64,000 nt of DNA from the NCBI GenBank assembly GCA_963744145.1, contig CAVUSO010000001.1, positions 4,480,001 through 4,544,000 on the forward strand, in the 5' to 3' direction. Position 1 is the stretch's first letter, and each line of letters starts with the position of its first letter. Below the pieces are notes generated by a model. The model saw nothing but the letters and a program-made list of their open reading frames with translations, was not told where the DNA came from and did no database searches. The DNA comes from an uncultured cyanobacterium. GTDB lineage: Bacteria; Cyanobacteriota; Cyanobacteriia; Cyanobacteriales; CAWUOF01. Below, piece after piece: positions 1 to 13,599 of the stretch. The translations under genes were made by a program, and so were the position numbers.

Positions 1-1168
1 ATGATGGCTTTTCTCTTTTTTCTCCTGTTTGTTTATCTTTTATCTCCATGTTGAAAATATGCAAGGGTCTGCGCCATCCGCGCCCAACACCCCCAACGAT
101 TACGGCAAAGCGGATAATGGGTAAAATAATCTTGTTTAAGGTATCTTTAGGTGCGCTAATTTGTAGCTTACCTTTCCAAACATAAAAGTAAGGTTTATTG
201 CCAGATTGTTTCCCCCAAATATTTCCCTTTACCATTTGCAAGCGCACACACCCTTTGCGACTGTTCGGTTCCAAAGTTCCCATCAGTTCCCATAAGGTTT
301 GCTGGGCATCAGATTCTGACATTACTCCCAATAAAAACCGCAATATCCACGATCGCAACCATCCTCTCCAGTGAGACGGACGTAATTCTGGTTCTTGAGG
401 ATCTGCACCATAACACCCTTGACTGTAAAGGCTAAAATCAAAGTTTTTCACGCCATCATCAGGGTAAGGTTTTGGTTTAACATCAGGAGATGCGATCGCG
501 CCATACCCGGAAGCAGTACGACTTCCTACACCGTAAAGCGTTAAAGCTTGCTGTACCCAACCCCAAACTTCTGCTACTTCCTCAGCGGTTGCTTTCCTCG
601 GAATACCACGAATAGCAACAGTAACATCGACAATTTCTTCACCCGTACCTAAAGTGTAAAAAGATAGAGGAGTGCTTTGCCCTTGGTGATAAACCTGAAA
701 TTCTTCTTGCGGGTTGACAATATCAAGGGTGAGTTTTGTAGCTTTTTCTGGTCAAGCATCGAAAAATTCAATTTTGCCAGAAGAGATGCGATCGTCGTCT
801 TGATAACCCAACAATTGAAGCATTCTAGGTTTAATATCTGATCGCTGTTTTGCCCACGATCGCACTATCCCACGAATGACAGAAGCAGGAATATAACCAT
901 TGAGAGGTAACTGCTGAAAATATTGGAAATTTTCTCCCACATTTCGTTTTTCTTCTGGGCGACTTAAATTTTGTGGACAGCCAGAAGTTGGTTTCCATGC
1001 ACCGCAAGGTTCACCTGCTGAGACAATAGTTTCCACATCTGGATGAGGAAAAGAACCCACTTTGGCACGCCACTGAATCGCAAACGTACCTTTGCGAAAT
1101 AGGTTTGACTGCTGACGCGCTTGATGCTGTCTTTCTAATAATTCAATCAATTGAGTTCCTGCGTACAT
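1..1168 (-). pseudogene. cmr6: Type III-B CRISPR RAMP protein, Cmr6 with fused Cmr1-like domain; in-frame TGA at 752-754; runs off the left edge of the window
   Basis: ORF 752..1168 has the RAMP motif GYIPASVIRG and ends FFDA*. The same frame continues open after the stop: PEKATKLTLDIVNPQ...GVGSRTASGYG (Cmr6 G-loop), then ELRPSHWRGWLRSW and GGVGRGWRR (Cmr1-like), with no stop up to base 1. Confidence 0.85.
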
Positions 1169-1800
1169 TATTCCCCCTTAGAATATGCTCTTGCCCAGAA
1201 ATTCCACTGTTCCGATAGCATCATAGATTTGCGCCAATTTGCCATGTATTGAGCGGGTTGATTTCTTGCCATTTCCGCCACACTTTCCATCAAGTTGCGC
1301 CGTTGGTTTGGGTCTTTTGCATCAGTTGGTTGTCCTAGCATTTGACCGAGTAGCGAGATCCAAACAGGAACGGTGCGATCGCGTACTTTTCCTTCTTGAG
1401 CATTTGACTGATTGACATATCCAACCGCAGATAGTAACCCAAATAAACGCAAGTGTTGCGACAGTCGCAAAACCGCATTTAAGTCTTCTTTTTCCATGTC
1501 AGTTTTTTTTGCTATTTCCAGATATTTTTGAATGTGTTGGTAAGCAGTTAAACTCATTTGTTCTGGTTGAAGTATTGCTGATTTTTTCTCTGAATTTGGT
1601 GAAGTCGTTGTGATTTGTTCTGGTTGAAGTATTGCTGATTTTTTCTCTGAGCTTGAAGTTGGTGAATTAGTTGTTAGTGGAGCATAGATATAATTGGGCT
1701 TGGAATTATTTTCAGAGCTAGACTCTTTAGCTATAGATTCCGAATTTGCTCCTGGTTTTGGTCCTTTAGGAAACTGAGATGGTTTGTTTTTCTTACTCAT
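1168..1800 (-). CDS. cmr5: Probable Cmr5 small subunit with a low-complexity N-terminal extension
   Basis: Lies between cmr4 and cmr6. Helical C-terminal part (LRLFGLLSAVGY...WNFWARA) with an S/K/P-rich N-terminus. Assigned mainly from position. Confidence 0.65.
   Translation of the reverse strand: MSKKNKPSQFPKGPKPGANSESIAKESSSENNSKPNYIYAPLTTNSPTSSSEKKSAILQPEQITTTSPNSEKKSAILQPEQMSLTAYQHIQKYLEIAKKTDMEKEDLNAVLRLSQHLRLFGLLSAVGYVNQSNAQEGKVRDRTVPVWISLLGQMLGQPTDAKDPNQRRNLMESVAEMARNQPAQYMANWRKSMMLSEQWNFWARAYSKGE
1556..1650. repeat. Intragenic 38-bp direct repeat (57-bp period) in cmr5
   Basis: atttgttctggttgaagtattgctgattttttctctga at 1556-1593 and 1613-1650, encoding SEKKSAILQPEQ twice. Confidence 0.9.
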
Positions 1801-1802
1801 GA

Positions 1803-2707
1803 CTAACCTCCTACAACAGCAGCAATTTTTTCAGATTTTTCAGACGCTTTAGCACCGTTTGGTGCAGTTTCATCAGCTACCCAACTTTGCACCCAACCCC
1901 GTCCAACATTGGCTTGACCGCCTACTTGAATTAATCCCTTGATCGTAGTCATTAGTAGCTCATGTTGATCAGTAGTTATAGGATTATCTTTGAGTAAGCT
2001 ATAACCCCAAGAGTAATAAAAAATTGTGTCTCGTGGAATGCAAATATCTGTCCAAAAAATCTCAGCAGAACCCTCAGAAGTAGCCCCACTATTCCCGTCT
2101 TGAATTTTGTTGCGAACTTGGGTCCAGAGAGAGTGTTCCATTAATACTTGAAAATCAGCATCAGGTAAAACAATGCAGCTTTTTTCCCAAACTGTTTTGA
2201 CGGAACTGTTGAGGGAAGCTGGCCAAGAAAGTTCGATCGCTTTTTTCTGCTCTGGAGATAAAGAACTTACTTGAATCTGAGCATCAGCCACCATGTAATT
2301 ACCTGGTTGAGTTCCTACAGGATTATTGGGGAAAACAGCACCAGGTAAGTTAGCAATTAAAGCGCGATCGCGAATCAGCGAATGACAGCTGACCCAGGTA
2401 AATACATCTCGGTTTCCACTTGCCATTGTTCGCATCGGAATCCACAACAAACGGGCATCTCCAAACCAAACTTGATGCACTCCCATTTGACCATTCTGAT
2501 CTAACTCTTTGCCAAATAAAGCATTAGCAGCAACTTCATCAAGCTGTGTCACTTCATCCCGCAAACTTCCCCGCAAAGAAGAACCGGGAATGTAAGGAAA
2601 ATTTGTATGAACTTCACGGGCAATTTCCAAAATATTGCCCAAATCTCCCTCACCACCACAGTGAATAGGGGCGAGACTGTATAAATAGCCAACTCGAAAA
2701 TCAGTCA

Positions 2708-2708
<1 letters not shown>
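1803..2708 (-). CDS. cmr4: Type III-B CRISPR backbone RAMP protein Cmr4
   Basis: Motifs PIHCGG...IAREVHTNFPYIPGSSLRG, FGDARLLW and C-terminal QVGGQANVGRG. Confidence 0.9.
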
Positions 2709-6969
<4,261 letters not shown>

Positions 6970-7140
6970 TTTTGTGATCCCTTGATATTTCTTTTTTCCA
7001 GTCTAGCAATAGAATATGTAGAAAATCTCGGATTAAACAATATCTATCAATTTAATTTACAAAGACTTACAATGCTTTGTGTATAATGCTTACAGGTAAA
7101 TCTAAAGATTCAATGTTACTATTATTTTTTACTTGACAAA

Positions 7141-8328
7141 ATGCCCAAGAAACCTGTAATACATCCTCATTCTGATGAACTCAGATTTCAACGTCTCATG
7201 CTTCTAATTGCCACCCTCGTCAAGCATCCAGGGGTGGGCTATCTTGAGTCAGATGAGCGAGGACTAGAAGATCACAATCGTCTGCAAGAAGTTCAAAGTT
7301 ACTTGCGTGAAGTTGCTCAAGAGGTAAGAATAGATTTACCAGAGGGCTATCCTGGGATTTCTACCATTCGCAAAGATATAGAAACCCTACGTCGTTATCA
7401 CATTCTTGATCAGGGAATGTATCGTTGGGGCTATTATCTTGGTACAGGTGTGATGAGTAGCAAAGAGTTGCAAGTGGCTTTTCATGCTTTGGCATCTGTT
7501 GCTAAATATCAAGGTAATTCCCAAGCTAAACGAGTTCATCAAATACTAACGAAACGCTTACGGAAACTAGATTTAGAACTTCATGGTGAATTTTTCTATC
7601 CGGTGCGACAGCAACTTAATCGGGCAATTGTCCATACCGATCCGGACGAAATGAGAGATTTAGGAGAATACCGAGATACTTTATTCGATCAATTAGATAT
7701 AGTAGAACAAGCTATTTATCAGGGCCAGGTAATAGAAATTTCACGTCATAGCGATCCTTATGGTAGAAAACGAGTAGGACTGATGCAGGTCTATCCTCTA
7801 CAACTTGTTTACTACGATATTGCCTGGTATCTGATTTATGAATATTACTCAAATGGACATTTAGCAATTAGCCGAATTAATCGGTTTAAAAGCCATTGTG
7901 AAGTCCTACCATATCAAGGTCGTGGTTTAGCAGCTCAAAAGCAAAGTTTAACTAATGTCCACCAATTATTAGAAAATGGCTGGGGTTTATATCTCGGTGA
8001 GTTAGAAGAACAACAGGCAGAATTGCAGGGAAAATTAACTTTCCAAAAGGTCAAGGTACATTTTTTCCCAGAAGTAATTCCCTTTATCTTAGAAGGCGAT
8101 CGCCGTCATCTTCATCAAAAAATCGATCCAGGTCCGAAAGATAAAAATGGGAAGCCTCGCTATGTGGAATATACAGTGAAACTACCTCCTCGTTCTCTGC
8201 CTGAGTTTAGTCTTTGGGTATATCGTCACATGGATAATGCCCAAATCATATCTCCTCCTGATTTAGCAGAAAAACATCGCCAAGCTGCAATCAGGTTGGC
8301 AAATCGATACAATAATGGTCAAGCGTGA
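7141..8328 (+). CDS. WYL-domain transcriptional regulator, divergent from the cmr operon
   Basis: N-terminal HTH-like STIRKDIETLRR and PLQLVYYDIAWYL motif, followed by a WCX-like C-terminus. Confidence 0.85.
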   Translation: MPKKPVIHPHSDELRFQRLMLLIATLVKHPGVGYLESDERGLEDHNRLQEVQSYLREVAQEVRIDLPEGYPGISTIRKDIETLRRYHILDQGMYRWGYYLGTGVMSSKELQVAFHALASVAKYQGNSQAKRVHQILTKRLRKLDLELHGEFFYPVRQQLNRAIVHTDPDEMRDLGEYRDTLFDQLDIVEQAIYQGQVIEISRHSDPYGRKRVGLMQVYPLQLVYYDIAWYLIYEYYSNGHLAISRINRFKSHCEVLPYQGRGLAAQKQSLTNVHQLLENGWGLYLGELEEQQAELQGKLTFQKVKVHFFPEVIPFILEGDRRHLHQKIDPGPKDKNGKPRYVEYTVKLPPRSLPEFSLWVYRHMDNAQIISPPDLAEKHRQAAIRLANRYNNGQA

Positions 8329-8391
8329 TTCATGATGTATTGGCTAATTTCACCTTTCATTTGTTGTCTTTAATTACCTCTTAAAAATCTG

Positions 8392-8583
8392 TCATACATT
8401 TTTGTTTTTTTGTCTAACAAACTCTTTAAATTCATCTAATGTTGGTTCATCAGATTGATATCTTTCTTTAGTATAGTCTCCATACCCTGCTTCAAATTGT
8501 TGAATAAATCGTAGCATTCCTCCCACTCCTAACGAGGTAATAAGAGATTGATATCCTTTCTGTCTAATTTCAGTTAGCTTCAT
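8392..8583 (-). CDS. Small protein of the kind paired with PIN-domain toxins (putative antitoxin)
   Basis: MKLTEIRQKGYQSL...MLRFIQQFEAGYGDYTKER. Its ATG overlaps the TGA of the upstream PIN remnant (ATGA) and has GGAGG upstream. Confidence 0.55.
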   Translation of the reverse strand: MKLTEIRQKGYQSLITSLGVGGMLRFIQQFEAGYGDYTKERYQSDEPTLDEFKEFVRQKNKNV

Positions 8584-8756
8584 GGGGTTTCCTCCTGGAA
8601 AATACTCATTAACCAAGTAACGGGGTTTTCTATTTGAATTGTAATTAGATTACTGCATTTTTTAGCTTTCCGTAATAAGCGATCATCAGTAGTTATTCGG
8701 TTGTGCTGTTCGTTCAGCAGTTCGATGATATAATTAACAGCATTCAGCATTGGCAT
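8580..8756 (-). pseudogene. 58-aa chimeric toxin remnant: GNAT (TacT-like) N-terminus fused in frame to a PIN-domain C-terminus
   Basis: Hand translation MPMLNAVNYIIELLNEQHNR-ITTDDRLLRKAKKCSNLITIQIENPVTWLMSIFQEETP*. Its start overlaps the DUF1778 stop (TAATG). Confidence 0.6.
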
Positions 8757-8920
8757 TACAAACCCATTAGCTGTTTGTATCGTTTGGCATAGGAGCGTAA
8801 TTTTTCACCTGGTTCTGGTGGATTGAGTAAAGCATTGACAAATACTTCACCGAAAAACGTACATGGAAGCCCCCGGCTTTAGACGTGGGGAGGAAATGGA
8901 CCAGGCGATTTTAATCGCCG

Positions 8921-9329
8921 TCAAGTTCCTGGTTTCCATTTCTGATTTTCAATATATTTCTTAACCACATCTAACGGCGCACCGCCAACGGTAGCCACAA
9001 AATAAGAATTAGTCCACAAGGTAGGTAGTCTACTTTTGAGCCAAGGAAACTCTTGCCTCAAATATCGAGATGATCTACCTTTCATAATTTTAACAACTTG
9101 TTGGACGCCAAATTGAGGGTCAATGCTAATCAATAAATGAACATGATCTGGCATGACTTCAAGCTCAATAATTTCGCATTTCTTCTCGCTTAGCTACTTC
9201 GTGAATAATTTCTTTCAGCCTAGTATCAACACCGTTGACTAACACTTTGCGTCGATACTTGGGACACCAGACAATGTGATATTGACAAACATATAAGATA
9301 TTGTTATTTGATTTAAAGTGATTTGCCAT
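8921..9329 (-). pseudogene. tnpA: IS200-type HUH Y1 transposase TnpA, +1 frameshift near 9190
   Basis: 5' part MANHFKSNNNILYVCQYHIVWCPKYRRK and 3' part MPDHVHLL...LWTNSYF...KYIENQ are in different frames; span is 409 nt (136 codons + 1). Confidence 0.88.
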
Positions 9330-9384
9330 TGCTAGTATTTACTTGCCTACTGTATAATAGTGACATCGTTTAACTAATAAGTCA

Positions 9385-10941
9385 ATGGCTCGCCAATCTA
9401 GCCCTACTAAGACCCCATCATTTATTGTTGAGATACCCTTGGTGGTATCCGACAAAGATGCTGGGGTTTTAAATTCTAGATTTGAAGCGGGTCGGCAACT
9501 TTATAACGCCTGCTTGGGGGAGGCAATGCGGCGACTAAAGCTGGTTAAACAATCTAAGAAATATCAAGAAGCCAGAAAACTTAAAAAGGGTAAGGCCAGA
9601 ACAGCAGCATTTAAAGAAGCAAATCAGGCATATAAATATAGTGAATATGATTTGCATTCTTATTGCACGACTGTTCGTAATTCTTGGTTGAGCGACCATA
9701 TTGACGCAAACACCGCTCAAAAATTAGCGACCCGTGCATTCAATGCCTCTATTCGAGTAGCTTTTGGCAAAGCTAAGAAAGTCAGGTTTAAAGGAAAAAA
9801 TCAACTTGATTCCTTAGAAGGCAAGACAAATAAGACGGGGATTAGATGGGTAAAAGAAACCTTGGTTTGGGGAAACATCCAACTCAAGCCATACTTAACA
9901 ACCTATGACCCTGTAATAACTCATGGCCTAAACAGTCGAGTAAAATACGTTAGATTGGTGCGCCGTCGGATTAATGGCAAGGTTTTCTACTACGCTCAAT
10001 TAGTTGCTGAAGGTAAACCATTTCAGAAGCCTAAGAACAAAATTGGTAATGGTTCTGTTGGTCTAGATATTGGACCCTCGACTATTGCCATTGTCGGGGA
10101 TGATTCAGCCAAATTAACCCTGTTCGCATCAGAATTGCAGTCGAAGGATAAGGAAATTCGCCGACTACAAAGAAAGATGGAACGGTCTAGAAGAGCGAAT
10201 AATCCCCACAACTACAACCCGGATTTTGTTGACAAAAAAGGAAAACAGAAAAAAGGAACTGTTAAAAAAGGATGTAGAGGGTGGAATAATTCCAAAACCT
10301 ATCTTCAGACCAGAACATCTAAGGCTAATCTAGAACGAGAATTAGCGGCTCATCGAAAGTCGTTACATGGAAAATTAGTTAATGAAATTCTTCGTCAAGG
10401 TAATACTGTTAAATTAGAAAAACTTTCCTACAAAGCTTTTCAGAAATTATTCGGCAAGTCGGTAGGAAAACGCGCACCAGGGGAATTTGTATCGCATCTA
10501 AAGCGCAGGGCTGAAAGTGCTGGTGCTAAGGTGATTGAATTCTCAACTTATTCAACTAAACTGTCGCAAACTTGTCAATGTGGCAACGTCAAGAAAAAAC
10601 AGCTTTCCGAAAGAATCCATCAATGTGATTGTGGAATCTTTTGTCAGAGAGATTTATATTCGGCGTTTCTTGCCAAATTTGTTGATAATGAACTGCTTCA
10701 AGCGAATCAAGCTATTGATGCTTGGTTAGGTTCGGAACCGATCCTGTATGCGGCTTGGAGACAGGTCACCCAAACTAACTTGCAAGTAGAAGGACGAGTT
10801 TCTTCTTCCTTTGGGAAATTCCCAGAGTCAGAGCGAGTCGCAGCGAAAGTTCAAAATTCTGATGCTAAGGTCTTGGATGTTGTACCAAATTGGGAGAGCC
10901 AAAAAGAGGCATTATTGCATTTTGAACCCCCGTCCCTTTAG
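9385..10941 (+). CDS. tnpB: RNA-guided endonuclease TnpB
   Basis: RuvC motifs GLDIG / LEKL / QRDLYSA and Zn finger CQCG...CDCG. The ORF ends inside the right-end hairpin. Confidence 0.92.
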   Translation: MARQSSPTKTPSFIVEIPLVVSDKDAGVLNSRFEAGRQLYNACLGEAMRRLKLVKQSKKYQEARKLKKGKARTAAFKEANQAYKYSEYDLHSYCTTVRNSWLSDHIDANTAQKLATRAFNASIRVAFGKAKKVRFKGKNQLDSLEGKTNKTGIRWVKETLVWGNIQLKPYLTTYDPVITHGLNSRVKYVRLVRRRINGKVFYYAQLVAEGKPFQKPKNKIGNGSVGLDIGPSTIAIVGDDSAKLTLFASELQSKDKEIRRLQRKMERSRRANNPHNYNPDFVDKKGKQKKGTVKKGCRGWNNSKTYLQTRTSKANLERELAAHRKSLHGKLVNEILRQGNTVKLEKLSYKAFQKLFGKSVGKRAPGEFVSHLKRRAESAGAKVIEFSTYSTKLSQTCQCGNVKKKQLSERIHQCDCGIFCQRDLYSAFLAKFVDNELLQANQAIDAWLGSEPILYAAWRQVTQTNLQVEGRVSSSFGKFPESERVAAKVQNSDAKVLDVVPNWESQKEALLHFEPPSL

Positions 10942-11229
10942 GGCTGGGGTGGCTTCAGGGTCTTGCTTGCTTAACTGTATTACCGTTTGTTCTTGAATTG
11001 TGCGTTTAGCAGCCTCTATCGCACTGGCAACCACAAATTCTGTTAGTGAAAATCCACTGATTTGAGCTGCTTCTAACAATAATTCTTTTTGTGCTTGAGT
11101 GATTCGTGCTTCTAGACCTGCATTTTTGGTAGTTAGGGAACTCATCGCAATTTAACGTTTTTAATTTGTAAAAACTTCATTTTTCTCAATTGTACGGCTT
11201 TTTGGCGTACAAGTCAATCCCTAAGTCTT

Positions 11230-11682
11230 ATACCAATTATTGAAATTATAACTACAAATCAATATGGTTCAGTTAACCGTAGGGGCAAAGCATTTCGGCG
11301 CATAAATGATGGCTCAAACGTTTACCCTGAGCGGAGTCGAAGGGAAGCATAATATTACCGAAATGCGAGAGCCCTCACCATCTATGCAGCCAATCGATCA
11401 ACTATATATCAATACGGTTCAGTTAAGAATTTTTTGGGAGCTCTGGACCAAGAACTGGGCGAAGCATTCGGATATAAATATTAACCGCCCTTCGACTTCG
11501 CCCTTCGACTACCCTTCGACTTCGCTCAGGGCACGCGCTCAGGGAACACTCAGGGTAAAATTTGAGTAATAAATTATCGCCCGAATGCTTCGCCCCTACA
11601 AATCCGGACAAAATTCTGTTGATGTTTCCTTGAGATGAGCGATCGAACAATTATCTGTAGTGCTAATTTACGAAATTGGTAT
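11230..11682. mobile_element. Composite MITE-like intergenic element with nested repeats
   Basis: Outer imperfect IRs ataccaatt..gaaatta..actaca / tgtagt..taattt..aattggtat. Inside are two caata(c/t)ggttcagttaa termini (11260, 11410), gggcgaagcattcgg/ccgaatgcttcgccc palindromes and nested cccttcgac..ctcaggg units. Confidence 0.7.
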
Positions 11683-11836
11683 TAGCTCTGGCTGTGATTT
11701 ACTCAACCCTCGGTATTGTCCCACCAATTAAGAAAGACAAAACTATTTTCGATCGCCTATGAACTTAGTGGTGCAAAAATCATTGATAATAAAGGCTAAT
11801 CTCCGCCAATCTCAACCAGAGCAAGGATTAAAGAAA

Positions 11837-12778
11837 ATGCGAATTTTGATTATGGGTGGTACGCGATTCATTGGTGTTTACTTAACTAAAATTTTAGTGG
11901 CAAAAGGTCATGAGGTAGTTCTTTTTAATCGTGGTAATAAACCAGCTCCTGTTCCGGGAGTAAAAGTAATTCATGGCGATCGCACGCTCCCAGACCAACT
12001 GCAAGAAAAACTCAACCAAGAACACTTTGATGCGATCTTTGACAATAATGGTCGAGAACTAAGCGATACTAAACCCCTTGCTGATCTATTTAAAGGTCGG
12101 GTGCAACATTTCATTTATATGAGTTCGGCTGGTGTTTATCTCAAATCCGATCAATTACCCCATCAAGAAGGTGATCCGATCGACCCTAAAAGTCGTCATA
12201 AAGGTAAACATGATACGGAAAGTTACCTGATTGAGCAGGGATTACCTTGGACATCAATCCGTCCTACTTATATTTATGGTCCACAAAACTATAATGAATT
12301 GGAAGCTTGGTTTTTCGCTCGCTTAATCCGTAATCGTCCCATCCCGATTCCTGGTAATGGATTACATATCACCCAACTAGGGCATTGTCAAGATTTAGCG
12401 GAAGCAATGACCGCAGTGCTAGGTAATCAAAAAGCGATCTCTCAGGTCTATAATATATCAGGCGATCGCTATGTGACCTTTGATGGTTTAGCCCGAGCTT
12501 GTGCGATCGCAATGGGTAAATCACCAGATGATGTTCAGCTCGTCCATTATGATCCGAAAAAATTTGATTTCGGTCAACGTAAAGGTTTCCCCATCCGAGT
12601 TCAGCACTTTTTTGCCACCATTCATAAAGCGATCGATGATCTCGACTGGAAACCAAAATTTGATCTGATTTCTGGACTAAAAGACTCTTTTGAAAATGAC
12701 TATTTAGCTAACCAACAAGACCAAGCAAAGATCGATTTTTCTGTAGATGATGAAATTTTGCAGGTCATGTCAAAGTAG
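11837..12778 (+). CDS. NAD-dependent epimerase/dehydratase family protein (CSP41b-like)
   Basis: MRILIMGGTRFIG Rossmann motif and RPTYIYGP. Confidence 0.85.
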   Translation: MRILIMGGTRFIGVYLTKILVAKGHEVVLFNRGNKPAPVPGVKVIHGDRTLPDQLQEKLNQEHFDAIFDNNGRELSDTKPLADLFKGRVQHFIYMSSAGVYLKSDQLPHQEGDPIDPKSRHKGKHDTESYLIEQGLPWTSIRPTYIYGPQNYNELEAWFFARLIRNRPIPIPGNGLHITQLGHCQDLAEAMTAVLGNQKAISQVYNISGDRYVTFDGLARACAIAMGKSPDDVQLVHYDPKKFDFGQRKGFPIRVQHFFATIHKAIDDLDWKPKFDLISGLKDSFENDYLANQQDQAKIDFSVDDEILQVMSK

Positions 12779-13414
12779 ATGCAAAAAAGAATTAGCTAAA
12801 ATCGCAACTTGAGTGCGATCGCGCAAATTCAAACGATTCAAAATATTAGTCACATGATTTTTGACAGTTCCTTCGGAAATATAAAGTTTTTGGGCAATTT
12901 CCCGGTTACTCGAACCAGCAGCAATTAAGCGCAAAACTTCCTTTTCCCGTGGCGTCAATTCAGCCCAACTAGGGGGTAAACTTACTGGTGGACTGGAAGA
13001 AGGCACTTTAGCAATCAGCTTATCAACTAATCCCGGTCCTAATTGAGTATACCCTTTATCAACAGCTCGAATTGCCGCTGCTAATTCTTCTGAGGGAGTA
13101 TCTTTAAGTAAATATCCGATCGCTCCAAAGCGTAGTGCTTGAGCCACATATTGATCATCATCAAAAGTCGTCAAAACTAAAATTTTTACATTGGGAAAAC
13201 GCTGACAAATCTCCTGAGTTGCTGCGACCCCATCCATAATGGGCATCCGAATGTCCATCAAAACTACATCTGGTTGTAAAGTTTCTACCAGTTGAATGGC
13301 GATTTGTCCATTATCCGCTTCACCGATAATTTGCAAATCTGTTTCTAGTTCCAATAAAGCTTTTAAACCTTGGCGAATTAAACTTTGGTCATCAACTAAT
13401 AAGATTTTAATCAT
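12770..13414 (-). CDS. NarL/LuxR-family response regulator
   Basis: REC domain (LLVDD, LMDIRMP) plus LuxR HTH (LTPREKEVL...TVKNHV). Confidence 0.92.
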   Translation of the reverse strand: MIKILLVDDQSLIRQGLKALLELETDLQIIGEADNGQIAIQLVETLQPDVVLMDIRMPIMDGVAATQEICQRFPNVKILVLTTFDDDQYVAQALRFGAIGYLLKDTPSEELAAAIRAVDKGYTQLGPGLVDKLIAKVPSSSPPVSLPPSWAELTPREKEVLRLIAAGSSNREIAQKLYISEGTVKNHVTNILNRLNLRDRTQVAILANSFLHLL

Positions 13415-13599
13415 ATTGCTAATTATTGATGGGGATGAGGGGTCAAAATGACCATAATTTCTAGAGGATTAATGAATTTAATTGCCAATATTTATCCCAT
13501 TCACTGTTGTCAAGAATACCAAATATCGCTAGGACAAAAACGCAGTTTACTGCGCTTTTGGGTTTACTGGGAGTTGGCAGATTGATGATGAGCAGAAAC

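Larger units (their letters stand above)
8851..10958 (+). mobile_element. IS200/IS605-family element (divergent tnpA and tnpB), target TCAC
   Basis: Left hairpin GAAG-cccccggctttagacgtgggg preceded by target TCAC (8847-8850). Right hairpin GAAC-ccccgtccctttagggctgggg ending TCAG (10955-10958). No TSD. Excision restores the host frame. Confidence 0.9.
8756..11145 (-). pseudogene. DUF1778 (TacA-like) antitoxin gene split by an IS605 element (pieces 11145-10959 and 8850-8756)
   Basis: Removing 8851-10958 restores ...QTVIQLSKQD-R-EVFVNALLNPPEPGEKLRSYAKRYKQLMGL* in frame. Confidence 0.85.

Noticed and set aside
752..754. TGA as selenocysteine or an alternative genetic code
   Set aside because: The position corresponds to an aromatic residue rather than Cys, and many other genes in the window end in TGA.
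1556..1650. 38-bp direct repeats in the cmr operon as a mini-CRISPR
   Set aside because: Only a 19-bp gap, in frame within a CDS, and no repeat hairpin or GAAA(C/G) end.
10912..11145. 77-aa ORF as a complete gene
   Set aside because: Its tail (PEATPALKGRGFKMQ) is read-through into the IS right end; the real C-terminus is at 8850-8756.
11306..11650. ORFs 11306..11569 and 11423..11650, and similarly 18584..18832
   Set aside because: They are translations of MITE and repeat DNA with no protein motifs.
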